Shown: positions 36,605-46,605, counted from the first letter of the stretch. The stretch is DNA of 53,524 bases from a virus (IMGVR_UViG_3300013016_000004:1-53524); one strand, 5' to 3'. The notes: generated by a model not told the origin, from the sequence alone. Numbers and translations are program-made.

Positions 36605-37456
36605 TTACCATAGCCACATTTGACAGTCAGGCTTGTCTCCTTCATACGCCTTGCCACTAACCCACCAATTCCAAAGATCGTCTACAGTTTCCATTTTTTC
36701 GATCCAGCGATCACCGCCGTCTTTTCGCGGGACACCCTTCCACCGCTCCCAATACGCATCAAATCCCCTTCGCCAGAGCTTTTCATACTTCGGCCACCTG
36801 GCAAAATCTCGGGCCTGTCCTTTCGGTCCGCCCATTGGACAACCGACACAGCCAAGGCGCGTAAACCCTTCATCGTAGAGTGAGCAGTAAGGCATGTTTT
36901 GCTGTTTAATAAATTCCCAAACATCGCGATCCGTCCAGTGAATTATCGGGCAGAGAATCGGACGATGACTTTTGCGGTCAATCGTTACCTCTCGCCACGC
37001 CCCCTTTCGTCGATGGGACTCTTCGGCCCTCACGCCAATGCCTTTAAACGACTCTTTCCCGCCCTGCTCCTTGTAAATCTCGCAACACCAACGCGCAAGC
37101 CTTGTCGGAGGTCCGCAACTTTTATCTGCCATCTTGTGGATGAGGTGCATCTCGGGGTTATTCCACCGAACCTCGGGATATTTCCGCTTGATAAACTGCA
37201 CCAGCTCTGGCGGATCAATCGTCACGTTGTTGTACCAACTGGCATACTTAACGCCTGCCATTTTAAACAGACGCTCCATGACGATCGAATCTTTCCCCCC
37301 GGAGAATGCAACGTAATAGCCCTCTTCAGAAAGTTCCAGCGCCATCGGTTCATAGTGCTGAATCAAATCAATGGCCGTCTTTATTTTCTGCTCAAGCGGT
37401 CGGCTGATCGCGTATTGATAACGGTCTTCTTCTGTTTCCTCAAATAGACCCATCAC
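36605..37456 (-). CDS. PAPS reductase-family protein
   Basis: VAFSGGKDS, RWCC..YKE, GVRAEES.RR, PI..WT..DVW, RLGCVGCP. Confidence 0.9.
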   Translation of the reverse strand: MMGLFEETEEDRYQYAISRPLEQKIKTAIDLIQHYEPMALELSEEGYYVAFSGGKDSIVMERLFKMAGVKYASWYNNVTIDPPELVQFIKRKYPEVRWNNPEMHLIHKMADKSCGPPTRLARWCCEIYKEQGGKESFKGIGVRAEESHRRKGAWREVTIDRKSHRPILCPIIHWTDRDVWEFIKQQNMPYCSLYDEGFTRLGCVGCPMGGPKGQARDFARWPKYEKLWRRGFDAYWERWKGVPRKDGGDRWIEKMETVDDLWNWWVSGKAYEGDKPDCQMWLW

Positions 37457-37635
37457 TTCCCCCTTCCAAACAACTCAGCAAACCCCGGCGGCATCTTCGT
37501 ATTATCCGCCCACCTCCCCAACCGCCGCTTACTCTCACACTCCCCGCACAGATACGCGATGTCTTTACGCAGACGGGCTTTTGTGAGGCTTCCGAGGTGG
37601 GTTCCGCATGCTGTGCAGTGGATTTCACGCGCCAT
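37453..37635 (-). CDS. Small CxxC..CxxC protein
   Basis: CTAC...CGEC; coupled to flanking genes. Confidence 0.55.
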   Translation of the reverse strand: MAREIHCTACGTHLGSLTKARLRKDIAYLCGECESKRRLGRWADNTKMPPGFAELFGRGK

Positions 37636-38371
37636 GCTGGTTCCCCCTTTCGGCCTCAATTATCGCCCTTCCGATCATCTCCGGTATCTGAGGGACTACG
37701 GCGTTTCCGAGGGCACCAATTCGGTCCACCCTGCTGGGTACATCATGACCGTCTCGTAGAACCGGGGGTTGATCTTCCGGCCAGAAAAACCCTCTTTGCA
37801 GAGGACCGAAGGAATACTGCCGTTGTTCCGCTTTCCCTGCGATGGTGGGCATGTACTGTTTTTCCTGTCCTGCGCCACAGGGGTAGGCCACAAGGTAAAA
37901 CCTGTCACGTCGATGTGGCGAACCAAAGGCCAGCGCCGGAAACATGTCCCACTCTGCATCGTACCCGAGGCAGGCCAATCCCCCGAGTAGCCGTCCCATC
38001 CATCGTCCATCAAGGATCTCTGTGGAGTTTTCCAAGATGATGAGTCTCGGTCGAAGTTCACCTGCCAGTCTCTCAACTTCTGACCACAGACCGCTCTTTT
38101 CTCCATCCAGACCTTTACCTGTCCCGCAGATGGCAATGTCCTGGCATGGAAACCCTGCGGTAATAACGTCAACTGGTCCAACGTCAGATCCTTTCAGTGT
38201 TTTTACGTCCTCAAATATCGGCACGTCCGGCCAGTGCTTTTTCAGCACCTTGCGGCAGAACGGGTCGATCTCGCAGAAAGCAACCGTCTGCATCCCGGCG
38301 CGTTCGAGGCCAAGGGAAAACCCGCCGATTCCACTGAACAGGTCGAGGACTTTCAGCTTTTCACGCGCCAT
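37625..38371 (-). CDS. DNA (cytosine-5) methyltransferase, alpha chain
   Basis: DLFSGIGG, GFPCQD, EN, H.R.R, ALGNAVVP motifs. Confidence 0.92.
   Translation of the reverse strand: MAREKLKVLDLFSGIGGFSLGLERAGMQTVAFCEIDPFCRKVLKKHWPDVPIFEDVKTLKGSDVGPVDVITAGFPCQDIAICGTGKGLDGEKSGLWSEVERLAGELRPRLIILENSTEILDGRWMGRLLGGLACLGYDAEWDMFPALAFGSPHRRDRFYLVAYPCGAGQEKQYMPTIAGKAEQRQYSFGPLQRGFFWPEDQPPVLRDGHDVPSRVDRIGALGNAVVPQIPEMIGRAIIEAERGNQHGA
37696..38181 (-). CDS. Nested alternative-frame beta chain of the C5 methyltransferase
   Basis: WKT.Q.SL, WP.SGTM..G, LWPTP.A.D and INPRFYETVMMYPAGWT (motif IX-like). Confidence 0.75.
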   Translation of the reverse strand: MDQLTLLPQGFHARTLPSAGQVKVWMEKRAVCGQKLRDWQVNFDRDSSSWKTPQRSLMDDGWDGYSGDWPASGTMQSGTCFRRWPLVRHIDVTGFTLWPTPVAQDRKNSTCPPSQGKRNNGSIPSVLCKEGFSGRKINPRFYETVMMYPAGWTELVPSETP

Positions 38372-38600
38372 GACAACCTCCCAGACAGTCGCGCAGCAGC
38401 TTCACCGCCATCGCTCCAACCTGAATCGCCTCTTTGCGTGCGTCGGCTTCGTCAAAATTCTGACGGTGAATTTCGCGCTCAAGCTCCGTCACCTCACATT
38501 TCAGGGTGTAGAACCCTTCCACCTTCTCAGCCATCGGCGGGTGCTTTGCGTCGGCGCGATCGAGTTCGTCCAAAATCTCAGCGAAAATTTTAGCAATCAT
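38361..38600 (-). CDS. MazG-like NTP pyrophosphohydrolase-fold protein
   Basis: EL.RA..KHP, E..EL..E, RKEAIQV.AMA motifs. Confidence 0.55.
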   Translation of the reverse strand: MIAKIFAEILDELDRADAKHPPMAEKVEGFYTLKCEVTELEREIHRQNFDEADARKEAIQVGAMAVKLLRDCLGGCHGA

Positions 38601-38704
38601 CGGCCATCTCCAAACTTCATCTCTGAGCTGTTTATTTGTGCCGGTGTAGGCACGTCTATTTATTTTGCAAAAAAATCGAACCAGCGAACGCTCAGCGCTA
38701 AAAT

Positions 38705-39169
38705 TCACCGCTTTCCGCCGCCCGTCACGTCCAAGTGATACGCAGCAATCGCAAACGCCGACCTTTTGTCTGTGCTGCCCTTGAGTTTGTTCAACGGTTC
38801 CCCCTTTTTGTCTCCGCCGAAGCGAAGCAATAGCGCCTGGCGCAACACGGAGTCGCTGATTTTCTGAACCCCGCAGATTGCTTTGGTGTATTCTGGGCGG
38901 TTGTAGATCGTCCAAGGCAGTCCCAAGTCGTCGCAGATTTGCAGAATTCGACCGATCTGGTAGCAGGTGTCAAAGACATTTCTGCCTACCGGCATGCCGT
39001 AGCTCTGGATACCCTCGATTACCACGCGGCATTTACACCCCTTGCGAAAATAGAGCATTGCTTTAAGGTCTTCGTTGTCAACTTTGGCGGCTTCGGCAAC
39101 TGAATAATCTTGGCATACAATCGCATAAGCCGATTGCGTATCCCCTGGATCAATCCCGACAACTATCAA
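38705..39169 (-). CDS. RuvC-like Holliday junction resolvase
   Basis: IVVGIDPG..SAY, VVIE, D..SAFAIA. Confidence 0.7.
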   Translation of the reverse strand: MIVVGIDPGDTQSAYAIVCQDYSVAEAAKVDNEDLKAMLYFRKGCKCRVVIEGIQSYGMPVGRNVFDTCYQIGRILQICDDLGLPWTIYNRPEYTKAICGVQKISDSVLRQALLLRFGGDKKGEPLNKLKGSTDKRSAFAIAAYHLDVTGGGKR

Positions 39170-39298
39170 CTTTGACCTCCTGCAATTTCTCCCACCTCTG
39201 AAACGCCAACTCCCGGTAAAATTCGGCCCTTCGTTTCTCTTCGCGCCAGAGGCGTTCCGTTTCTGCTAACGCGGCTTGAAGTTTGGTTATCTCTTCCA

Positions 39299-39592
39299 TC
39301 ATGCCTCCTTATAGCTCTTTCGGTGCGCGATTATCAGTTCGCGGTGGGCTGAGAAAAACCCGTCGATTGAATCCATTAGACCTGCAGCATCTTTTCTCTC
39401 GAAAAAATCATCCACCTGTCTGGCCGTCTTTAAACACTTGAGATGCAGCGATTCGTTTTGTTTCGCGGCCCATGAAAGCGCCCCGCAGTCCGCAGAGGAA
39501 ACCTTTTCAGCCGCCTCGTTGATTTTCTTTTGCCAATACTCTTGGTCGAATAAATCAGGGTTTATTGTTTGTGCGTATTCGGCAAAATTCAC
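39299..39592 (-). CDS. Hypothetical protein
   Basis: Coupled to the primase-helicase gene. Confidence 0.5.
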   Translation of the reverse strand: MNFAEYAQTINPDLFDQEYWQKKINEAAEKVSSADCGALSWAAKQNESLHLKCLKTARQVDDFFERKDAAGLMDSIDGFFSAHRELIIAHRKSYKEA

Positions 39593-41382
39593 GGCATGTC
39601 CTCCACGAAATTTTTAGAACGGAAGTCGAAAAAAAGCCCATACATGCCCTCGACATCGCTCCCATCCTCTCGGCTTTTTTCGCAAAGAAGTGTCGCGTCA
39701 TACTCTTTTTCAACCTCTTCACGGGTTTTTCCTTTAACCGGAATACCTTCTTTAAAATTTTGAAGATCAATGCGTTTCTGCTTGTTTTTGAAAACACAGA
39801 AAACGTTATCAACCATGTCTGTAAGTGACCCGCTGCCCTTAATATCCATCTTCCCGGGTGGTCTGCTCTCGTCGCTGCCCTTGCGCGAATGAGCGACAAG
39901 GTGAACGTGGGTATTCGTCTGCTTTACGAAATCGCCCAGCGCGTCGATAAAGCTCTTTTGACCGTCATAATCATCGTCTGCAATGCCGCATTTGCTTAGC
40001 GAGTCGATAACAAACTGTGTGATCCCGTAGCGGTGATATGCGTAGCTGAAAACATCCAAGAGCCTGTCTTTTTTTGCCGTCCCAACAAGGTCAAAAATCC
40101 AAACACGGCTGTTGTACCAGTTCATAGCGTCGATGATTTGATCCTTGTTTGGGAAGTTCCCGACAAACTGCTGGACCATGCGTTCAAGGGTTTTCTCAGG
40201 ATGCATCTCGAAAGATGCAATACATGCAATTTGACCCTGTCTCGCCGCTTCCGTTACAAGTTGTCCGAGAAGAATACTTTTTCCGTGACCATTCCAACCT
40301 GTCCAAACAGATACTTCCCCGAGATATGACCTTATCGGTATTTTCTGCCACGGGAAGTCAAAACCAGGACGCTTGCCCGAAGTCGGGTAAAACCGCTCGA
40401 TAACACCGCTGGTGTATTTGCCTGAGCGTTGCAACTCTTCCGGGTCAATCGTTTCTGCGTCAACAAAGCACTGAACAAGCTCTTTTTTGCCTTTAGATTG
40501 AAGGGTCTCGTTTGCGTCCTTGCAGGGCAGATTGACAATCTTACAGCGGTGAAGTCCGAGTCTTTGCGCGACATCCTTGACCGCAATTTGCCCAGCTTCG
40601 TCTTGGTCGAAACAAAGGAATATCTCGGTAAATTGTTCGAGTCGGTCCCAATCGTTTTCAATCCATGAATTTTTAGCCCCGGTGCCTGCACCAAAGGGAA
40701 CCGAAAGTGCTGGAATTTCGCACTCGAACACGCTCATGGCGTCAATCTCACCCTCTGTGATCGCCACAAACTTGTTTCTTGGCGGAACAACCGGCCATCC
40801 CATGAGGCATGGTTCGCAACCAGCTTCTGCCTGCACCACTTTTTTGCCGTCGCTATCTCGGTTAAGATGCAGGTACTTGAGAAAAACTAGGTCTTCTCCA
40901 CGCTTAAACGGGAACACGATCCACGGACCTTTTTTTGATCCCAAAGTTTCAAGCTGCCCGATCTGATAAGCGTTTATACTCTTGTCCGTAAGCCCACGGC
41001 CCTTGAGGTAAGTTTCAACGTCGCTCTGGACTTTTCTTGCTGGAGGCTTCTTCGGCTTTTTGTAGTCCTTGCGCTTCTTCCCAAGAAAAGCAGTGTCGTC
41101 CTCTATCCCGAGCCACTTTTTAGCCTCGGCAATTGCCTCGAAAAGAGCTATCCCCCTGGTCGCTGCCCAAAGGTCAAGCATGTCGCCGGAATCACCCGTC
41201 GCAAAGTCAGACCAGACACCAGCCTTTGACCCGGCAACGCAAATCTTGCAGGAGTCACCCTGCTCACCGGCAACCGACCCGACCTGATATTCTCTCCCGG
41301 CATGTTTGCCATTGGGCAAAAGATATTCAGCGACAGACAAAGCCTGAGCCGACAACTTCTGGCTAATTTCTTTAACTGTCAC
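39589..41382 (-). CDS. Bifunctional primase (TOPRIM)-DnaB-like helicase
   Basis: W.DFATG..GD, ITEGEIDAMS, FDQDEAG, TGWNGHGKS, VIDSL, HLVAHSRK, DIKGSG. Confidence 0.92.
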   Translation of the reverse strand: MTVKEISQKLSAQALSVAEYLLPNGKHAGREYQVGSVAGEQGDSCKICVAGSKAGVWSDFATGDSGDMLDLWAATRGIALFEAIAEAKKWLGIEDDTAFLGKKRKDYKKPKKPPARKVQSDVETYLKGRGLTDKSINAYQIGQLETLGSKKGPWIVFPFKRGEDLVFLKYLHLNRDSDGKKVVQAEAGCEPCLMGWPVVPPRNKFVAITEGEIDAMSVFECEIPALSVPFGAGTGAKNSWIENDWDRLEQFTEIFLCFDQDEAGQIAVKDVAQRLGLHRCKIVNLPCKDANETLQSKGKKELVQCFVDAETIDPEELQRSGKYTSGVIERFYPTSGKRPGFDFPWQKIPIRSYLGEVSVWTGWNGHGKSILLGQLVTEAARQGQIACIASFEMHPEKTLERMVQQFVGNFPNKDQIIDAMNWYNSRVWIFDLVGTAKKDRLLDVFSYAYHRYGITQFVIDSLSKCGIADDDYDGQKSFIDALGDFVKQTNTHVHLVAHSRKGSDESRPPGKMDIKGSGSLTDMVDNVFCVFKNKQKRIDLQNFKEGIPVKGKTREEVEKEYDATLLCEKSREDGSDVEGMYGLFFDFRSKNFVEDMP

Positions 41383-42044
41383 CTCGGCCTCCTTCCATCT
41401 GGCAATGCAAGTCTTTCATTCGGGATAAAATGTTCATCCTCTGCCTCTTTATTTTTTATCCTTGCTTTTGCCCACGGATAAGGTTTCCGGCCGGAACCAG
41501 CTGCTATGAATGCCTCCTTCACAACCTCTAAGCCATAATCATCAACGAGAGAATGAATCTCTACAACAACAGGTCCTGGGGGTGCCAGATTTCTGAAGCA
41601 TTGCCGGTAAAGCTCTATAGCTTCTTTCTTTTCTTCTTCATTCTTTTCATTCTTGTTTGTGGTTATTTGTTGGTTATTTGTTGGTTGTTCGTTGGTTATT
41701 TGTTGGTTATCTTGCTGGTTTGCTCCGCCTTCTTTTTTCTGGTAATCATTGTAATTACATATAGTTATCATGGTGAATTTGTTGGTTGTTTTGCTGGTTA
41801 TTTCTCCGCTATTTTTTAGTTTTTTTAGCGCGCTCCTTACTTGCATCTCTGACAGTCCAGTTTCATCAGAAAGAGCCTTTCTCCCCGTCAAAAACTGTCC
41901 TCTTTCAACTAATATTCCTCGCCACATTTTAGGAGTGTGGTTTGCTGAAATTAACAAGTGGATGAACAGCGTTTTTACCGGTATGTCTGTGTACCATTGC
42001 CAGTCGCGCATCTTCCTGTGTAGCTTTATCCACCCTTCTTCCAT
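41379..42044 (-). CDS. Replication initiator / replisome organiser
   Basis: GWIKLHRK..W.W, RGQF.TGR..L, ITICNY..YQ, NQQ repeat linker. Confidence 0.85.
   Translation of the reverse strand: MEEGWIKLHRKMRDWQWYTDIPVKTLFIHLLISANHTPKMWRGILVERGQFLTGRKALSDETGLSEMQVRSALKKLKNSGEITSKTTNKFTMITICNYNDYQKKEGGANQQDNQQITNEQPTNNQQITTNKNEKNEEEKKEAIELYRQCFRNLAPPGPVVVEIHSLVDDYGLEVVKEAFIAAGSGRKPYPWAKARIKNKEAEDEHFIPNERLALPDGRRPR
41656..41802. repeat. Iteron-like 11-bp repeats (TTGTTGGTTAT), probable replication origin
   Basis: About six tandem copies at 41656-41721 plus two near 41779-41801, inside the initiator gene. Confidence 0.75.
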
Positions 42045-42077
42045 GCACCTTTAACCTTTCTGGTGCCACCCCACCTG

Positions 42078-42130
42078 CTAAACAAAAACCCCCGCCCAGG
42101 TGCGGTGCCGCGCATCCTGAACAGGGGTTT
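42078..42130 (-). terminator. Terminator/attenuator in the initiator leader
   Basis: AAAACCCCTGTTCAGG..CCTGGGCGGGGGTTTTTGTTT on - strand. Confidence 0.55.
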
Positions 42131-42199
42131 TCTCCCGTTTCCGGGATATCCATGATGACGCACTGTTCGGCACAACAACGCATCCTTTATTTCCCCACC

Positions 42200-42229
42200 A
42201 GTATACACAACACTGTGGTTGTAACGCAA
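42200..42229 (-). promoter_or_regulatory. Sigma70-like promoter for the replication genes
   Basis: TTGCGT-18-TATACT on - strand. Confidence 0.55.
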
Positions 42230-42269
42230 GTAAAAACAAGTGTGTTGATTATTGGTAGGCATAAAAATA

Positions 42270-45200
42270 TTACGCTGACCCTTCGCCGATAAAATCAAAC
42301 AGCGTCGGTGCCGTTGCCTCCTGCTCAGCCATCTTTAGATACCCGGCACCGTCTCTGAAATAATCGCTGTTGAGTTCAACGCCGATCCCGTAGCGGCCCA
42401 TTTTAACTGCCGTATAGGGAACGCTCATAAGCCCGCCGAAGGGGTCAAACACGCGGTCGCCTTCGTTGGAATAGCGGTTAATAATTCGCTCGATTATTTC
42501 CAGTTGCAAAGGGCAGACGTGCATCTGCACATTGCGCCTGCGCTGATCGCCGTTAAGGGTGCGCATCCGGTTAATGTCGTCCCACACGTCCATCTGCCAA
42601 CTCCCCGGAGCCACCACCATGAACGACGCCGGCAACCTTCCGTCCTGATCGAGTTTCTTGGCAATTTCAACGTGTTCCTCATACGAGTAAACCGACTTGC
42701 GCGAATGCTCGCGGTAAACCTTCTGCAAGCTGTCCACCGGCAAGGCCTGAAGCTCTGTCTTGGTCAAGAGCCGGTCGCCGCTGGTGCGCCAGAAAGCATG
42801 CGCGTCAAGCTGCCATTGTGCGCGGGTATAGTCGGCCTTGTCCTTAACTACCGGGTCATCGGCATAGGCCCTTGATTTATCCGTGGGGAGTTTACGAAAC
42901 AGCAGGATGTATTCAGGGCACCCGACGCCCATCTTTGAACCGTCCTTGCACTGCTCACTCCATCCAAGCCGGTAGGTTTGATTGTTCTCGCGCACAACGT
43001 CTGTGACCACCGTAATCATGCCGATCTTGCGGAAGCCATGCTTTTGAAAGTGCAGGCTTGTTTCCTCATGGAAGCTGTCACAGGTCGGCATGCCGTCGCC
43101 GGTCGCATTTCCGAACAAGATCCGGTCCTTGACGTGGATTGCTGCAACCCTGCCCGGAGACAAGACCCGGTGCAGATGCGGGGTGAGATAGTCCATCTGT
43201 TGCCAGAAGTGATCGTTGTTTTTCGAGTGTCCGAAGTCGTTATAGCTCGGGGTATATTCGTAATGATTGCTGTTGCCAGATACACAGGTTTGGCCGTTTC
43301 TTCTAACAACCATTGTTCCGTTTGGCACGGTGGCGCACCCTATCATTCCAGAATATTGCTTCCTTTTTGGAATTGATCTTATTTCTGGGAAAATTTGCGT
43401 TGATCCCGTATTAATCACCTTTGTCCCGGTGAGCGCAGCCCGCCATCCTGTCTTTACACATAATTCCTGAAAATCATCCCTCAACCGACGGCTTATCGAG
43501 GCATATGAAGAACCATCTTTTGAGCCGTCACCGTTCATCATTGTGTCCCTTAAAATTGTGAGCAACGACGGGTGAAGGTCCATGACCCATCTTGGTATTT
43601 TTTTATTTCTTGCCCCATGCCCAAATTCCTCTTGAAGGAAATAGGCAAGGTTTCGACACCATACGCTTATTTGGTTTTTACTCAAAGATGGTGGCAATCC
43701 GATTCTGACCATAAGGGCTTCAATGGATTTATATAAACCATTGTTTTTTTCGACACACTGGCCAATAGAGATTCTTCCACCAGCTCGGCCCTTTTCAAAA
43801 CTATCCGCATGGCCTTCAGATAGATACCACCCGGCAAGCCTCATAAAGTCTTTTGTTTCAACCCAATATAGCTGTACGCCATGTCCGTTTCTGATATGGT
43901 CTGGGAGTGGAGGAATATTTATTTTTTTGGGCCTTATGCCTGTTGCCTTTGGTGGAACAAGACACATTTTCCAGCCCCTTAATATTCGGCCATTGCTCTT
44001 TTCGCTTTTTCTTGTTGCGGATTCATATTCGTTCGTGATGTATTCCGCAGATACAATATTGAACTGGTCAAAGTTGAAGGACCTTGGGACTCTTTTGGCA
44101 ACAAACATTCTGTGATTTGGTGTGACAAGAAGGTTGAAAGACCTTCCTGAAAAATGGATCATTTCACCAGAATATCGCTCCCAAACAACGGATGTTGGTT
44201 TTTGGTATTCAAGGCACCCTGACTTTGAAACGGTGGCTATTTCATAGTTGCCAAGCCGTACTTGTTCAAAAGATCTCCATCCGTCTTTTGTCAAAACATC
44301 TGTTTTTTCATCATAACAAAACGGGATTGAGGTATGAATCAGATCAACGCTGTTGTCCGGCATCTGCGATGTTTCAATTACACAATCATTGTTGACTGCG
44401 GTGTATCTTTCGCCTTTAAGTTCCACGCGCTCAACTCCTATTGACCGGGCCAACTTCTCAACCACTGAGGTTGAATTAAGGCCGTACTTTTTGATAATCG
44501 CCAGCATGTTTTCAACCAGGCGGTCGTGCTGGTCCCACTTGTGCAAAAGAGTGTCAAGGATTGCCGTTTCGCTCTCCGTATAAATCACATGGATTTCGAC
44601 TTTGTTCGTTTGCAGAAAGCGATAAATGCGGTGAATGGCTTGCAGAAAGTCGTTGAATTTGTAACCAATACCGAGAAAAATAGCCTTGTGGCAATGGCGC
44701 TGAAAGTTGCACCCGGACCCGCTTAGTTCAGGCTTTGTGGCGAAATACTTAATGCGCCCCTGGCTAAAGTCGATGACGCGGTTTTCTCTCAGGTCAAGAT
44801 CCTGGCTTCCGTAAACCTCCACCACCTGCGGCATGGCTTTTTTAAGCGCATGTCGTTCCGCTTCAAGGTCGTGCCATAGCAAGAAATGATCGTCCGGTGA
44901 TTGAGCGATAATTTCCTTGGCCTTCTCAACGCGGGTAGGGATGCTGTCGCGCTTCTCTTTTGCCGCATCTTTTAGCCCAGCTGCGGCGTTGCGAAACATC
45001 AAGCCTTGCCCGTCTTTTTCTGCACCGGCTCCTGAATGATCGACTTCGACCTTGTGATAAATCACCTCCATCGGTGGCAGATCGTAGCCTTCATCTGGAT
45101 AACCGAGGTCTGAGGGCCTTGTGATAAACAGCGCCCAGGTTGATACCCATAACCAAAACTCCATTTCCTTGTGCGGGTACAGGGTGAGGTTGTTGGCCTT

Positions 45201-45818
45201 GGTCGAATCGCGCTGGAAAAAGCGCGTCAAAGCATGGCCGGTGTCGATAATTTCAAGGTATCCGGCATAGTGGATCAGCTCTTTGTATTTGTTCGGTGAA
45301 GGTGTCGCGGTACAGACAAACTTGTATCTGACGCCGCGAAACTTATCGAGAAAAGTCTGGTAGGTTTTCGAGCCGAACGAGCGCAAGACACTTGCTTCAT
45401 CAAGGCTTGTGGCGGTGAAATACTGCGGGTCAATATCACCGTCGCGCACCCGCTCGTAGTTGGTAATCAGGATGTCTTTTGTAGAGGCTTTGGCTTCGGC
45501 CATCGTCTTGACATATTCGATCTCAATGCCAAGCAACACCTCCGCGTCGTGCTTAAACTCCTGCCGGATTCCAAGCGGGCAGACGATCAGCGCCTTGCCG
45601 CCTTCGCGCTGAATCACAAGGTGAACGCAACAAAGCTGCTGGATGGTTTTGCCAAGGCCAAAAGATTCAAACAGAGCACGCCTGCCGCCCTTGACGGCCC
45701 ATTTAACCGCGTCTCGCTGGTGAGGTTTGAGGATTTCCGGCAGGTCGCTATCATTAACCTCAAAGCCCGTCTCTTCAGCGGTGATTATTTTGTCTTTCAA
45801 AAAATTGATGTAATCCAT
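42270..45818 (-). CDS. SNF2-like helicase / amino-methyltransferase fusion containing an intein
   Basis: FGLGKT, LDEAS, TATPSPN, QAIHRIYRF; TSIPF, HVCPLQ, FDPFGG. Confidence 0.9.
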   Translation of the reverse strand: MDYINFLKDKIITAEETGFEVNDSDLPEILKPHQRDAVKWAVKGGRRALFESFGLGKTIQQLCCVHLVIQREGGKALIVCPLGIRQEFKHDAEVLLGIEIEYVKTMAEAKASTKDILITNYERVRDGDIDPQYFTATSLDEASVLRSFGSKTYQTFLDKFRGVRYKFVCTATPSPNKYKELIHYAGYLEIIDTGHALTRFFQRDSTKANNLTLYPHKEMEFWLWVSTWALFITRPSDLGYPDEGYDLPPMEVIYHKVEVDHSGAGAEKDGQGLMFRNAAAGLKDAAKEKRDSIPTRVEKAKEIIAQSPDDHFLLWHDLEAERHALKKAMPQVVEVYGSQDLDLRENRVIDFSQGRIKYFATKPELSGSGCNFQRHCHKAIFLGIGYKFNDFLQAIHRIYRFLQTNKVEIHVIYTESETAILDTLLHKWDQHDRLVENMLAIIKKYGLNSTSVVEKLARSIGVERVELKGERYTAVNNDCVIETSQMPDNSVDLIHTSIPFCYDEKTDVLTKDGWRSFEQVRLGNYEIATVSKSGCLEYQKPTSVVWERYSGEMIHFSGRSFNLLVTPNHRMFVAKRVPRSFNFDQFNIVSAEYITNEYESATRKSEKSNGRILRGWKMCLVPPKATGIRPKKINIPPLPDHIRNGHGVQLYWVETKDFMRLAGWYLSEGHADSFEKGRAGGRISIGQCVEKNNGLYKSIEALMVRIGLPPSLSKNQISVWCRNLAYFLQEEFGHGARNKKIPRWVMDLHPSLLTILRDTMMNGDGSKDGSSYASISRRLRDDFQELCVKTGWRAALTGTKVINTGSTQIFPEIRSIPKRKQYSGMIGCATVPNGTMVVRRNGQTCVSGNSNHYEYTPSYNDFGHSKNNDHFWQQMDYLTPHLHRVLSPGRVAAIHVKDRILFGNATGDGMPTCDSFHEETSLHFQKHGFRKIGMITVVTDVVRENNQTYRLGWSEQCKDGSKMGVGCPEYILLFRKLPTDKSRAYADDPVVKDKADYTRAQWQLDAHAFWRTSGDRLLTKTELQALPVDSLQKVYREHSRKSVYSYEEHVEIAKKLDQDGRLPASFMVVAPGSWQMDVWDDINRMRTLNGDQRRRNVQMHVCPLQLEIIERIINRYSNEGDRVFDPFGGLMSVPYTAVKMGRYGIGVELNSDYFRDGAGYLKMAEQEATAPTLFDFIGEGSA
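43272..44318 (-). mobile_element. 349-aa intein with LAGLIDADG homing endonuclease
   Basis: Starts CYDEKTDVLTKDGW, block B VTPNHRM, LAGWYLSEG and MMNGDGS, ends VRRNGQTCVSGN then Ser; lower GC. Confidence 0.9.
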
Positions 45819-45821
45819 AAT

Positions 45822-46094
45822 TCAATCCGCCAGATCGAGTTGATATTCATAGATGTTCGTCCCGGACACCCGCCGCCTGCGCACGGTAAAGCCGCCATAG
45901 GCTTGCTTGCGAAAATCACGGAGCCTGGCCGACGCTCCGGCCTCACTTGCATTGCAACTCTTGGCGATCTCTTCCAGGGTGCGCCATTGTCCGTCAGCCA
46001 TAAGCTCGAAGATGTACTTGCGCTGTCCGTGAAAGCGGATAAAGTCTGACTGTCTAAGCTCTGTTTGCACGCGGACCTCCCAAACTTGCCTCAC
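45822..46094 (-). CDS. Winged-HTH-like hypothetical protein (start uncertain)
   Basis: M.DG.WRTL.EI..ASARLRDFRK..YG motif. Confidence 0.6.
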   Translation of the reverse strand: MRQVWEVRVQTELRQSDFIRFHGQRKYIFELMADGQWRTLEEIAKSCNASEAGASARLRDFRKQAYGGFTVRRRRVSGTNIYEYQLDLAD

Positions 46095-46605
46095 CAGGAT
46101 ACGTCATCGTCCCGGCCACACGGCACTGATCGAGCGGGGTGATTTCGTGGCGTATGCGCTCAATTTCGGCGCTGGAATACAGCTTGACCTTGTTTTTCCT
46201 GACGATGCCAGGCGCTGTGTTGATGTTCCAGCCGTTGCGCTCAGAGGGGTGGCCGTGTTCTTTGCACTTGTGGCACAGTTTATATTTGGGCGGCTCAATG
46301 TCGCCCCAAATCCTCACCTCTCGCGTTTCTTTGCATGCGGGAGCGTTGTAGCATTTGACCTTCACTATGCGCTCGCCCTTGGTTCTTTCTGATGCCTCCT
46401 TTTCCTTGTTGTGCCGCCGTTGGTGAATAAATCCGTCTATCTCATTCTCCCTCAGAATCTGGCAAAAACGCACAAAACTCATGCCTTCATCGACGCCAAG
46501 ATCGTAGAAAAGTTCTTTGCGAATACAGCCATTGGCGCGGGCTTGTAGGCTTTCCTTCGGAAGTGATATGATGCAGCCGTTTTTCAATGGAAATTCTACG
46601 TTCAC
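46054..46605 (-). CDS. Hypothetical protein
   Basis: GGAGG RBS; Cys pairs. Confidence 0.5.
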   Translation of the reverse strand: MNVEFPLKNGCIISLPKESLQARANGCIRKELFYDLGVDEGMSFVRFCQILRENEIDGFIHQRRHNKEKEASERTKGERIVKVKCYNAPACKETREVRIWGDIEPPKYKLCHKCKEHGHPSERNGWNINTAPGIVRKNKVKLYSSAEIERIRHEITPLDQCRVAGTMTYPGEASLGGPRANRA

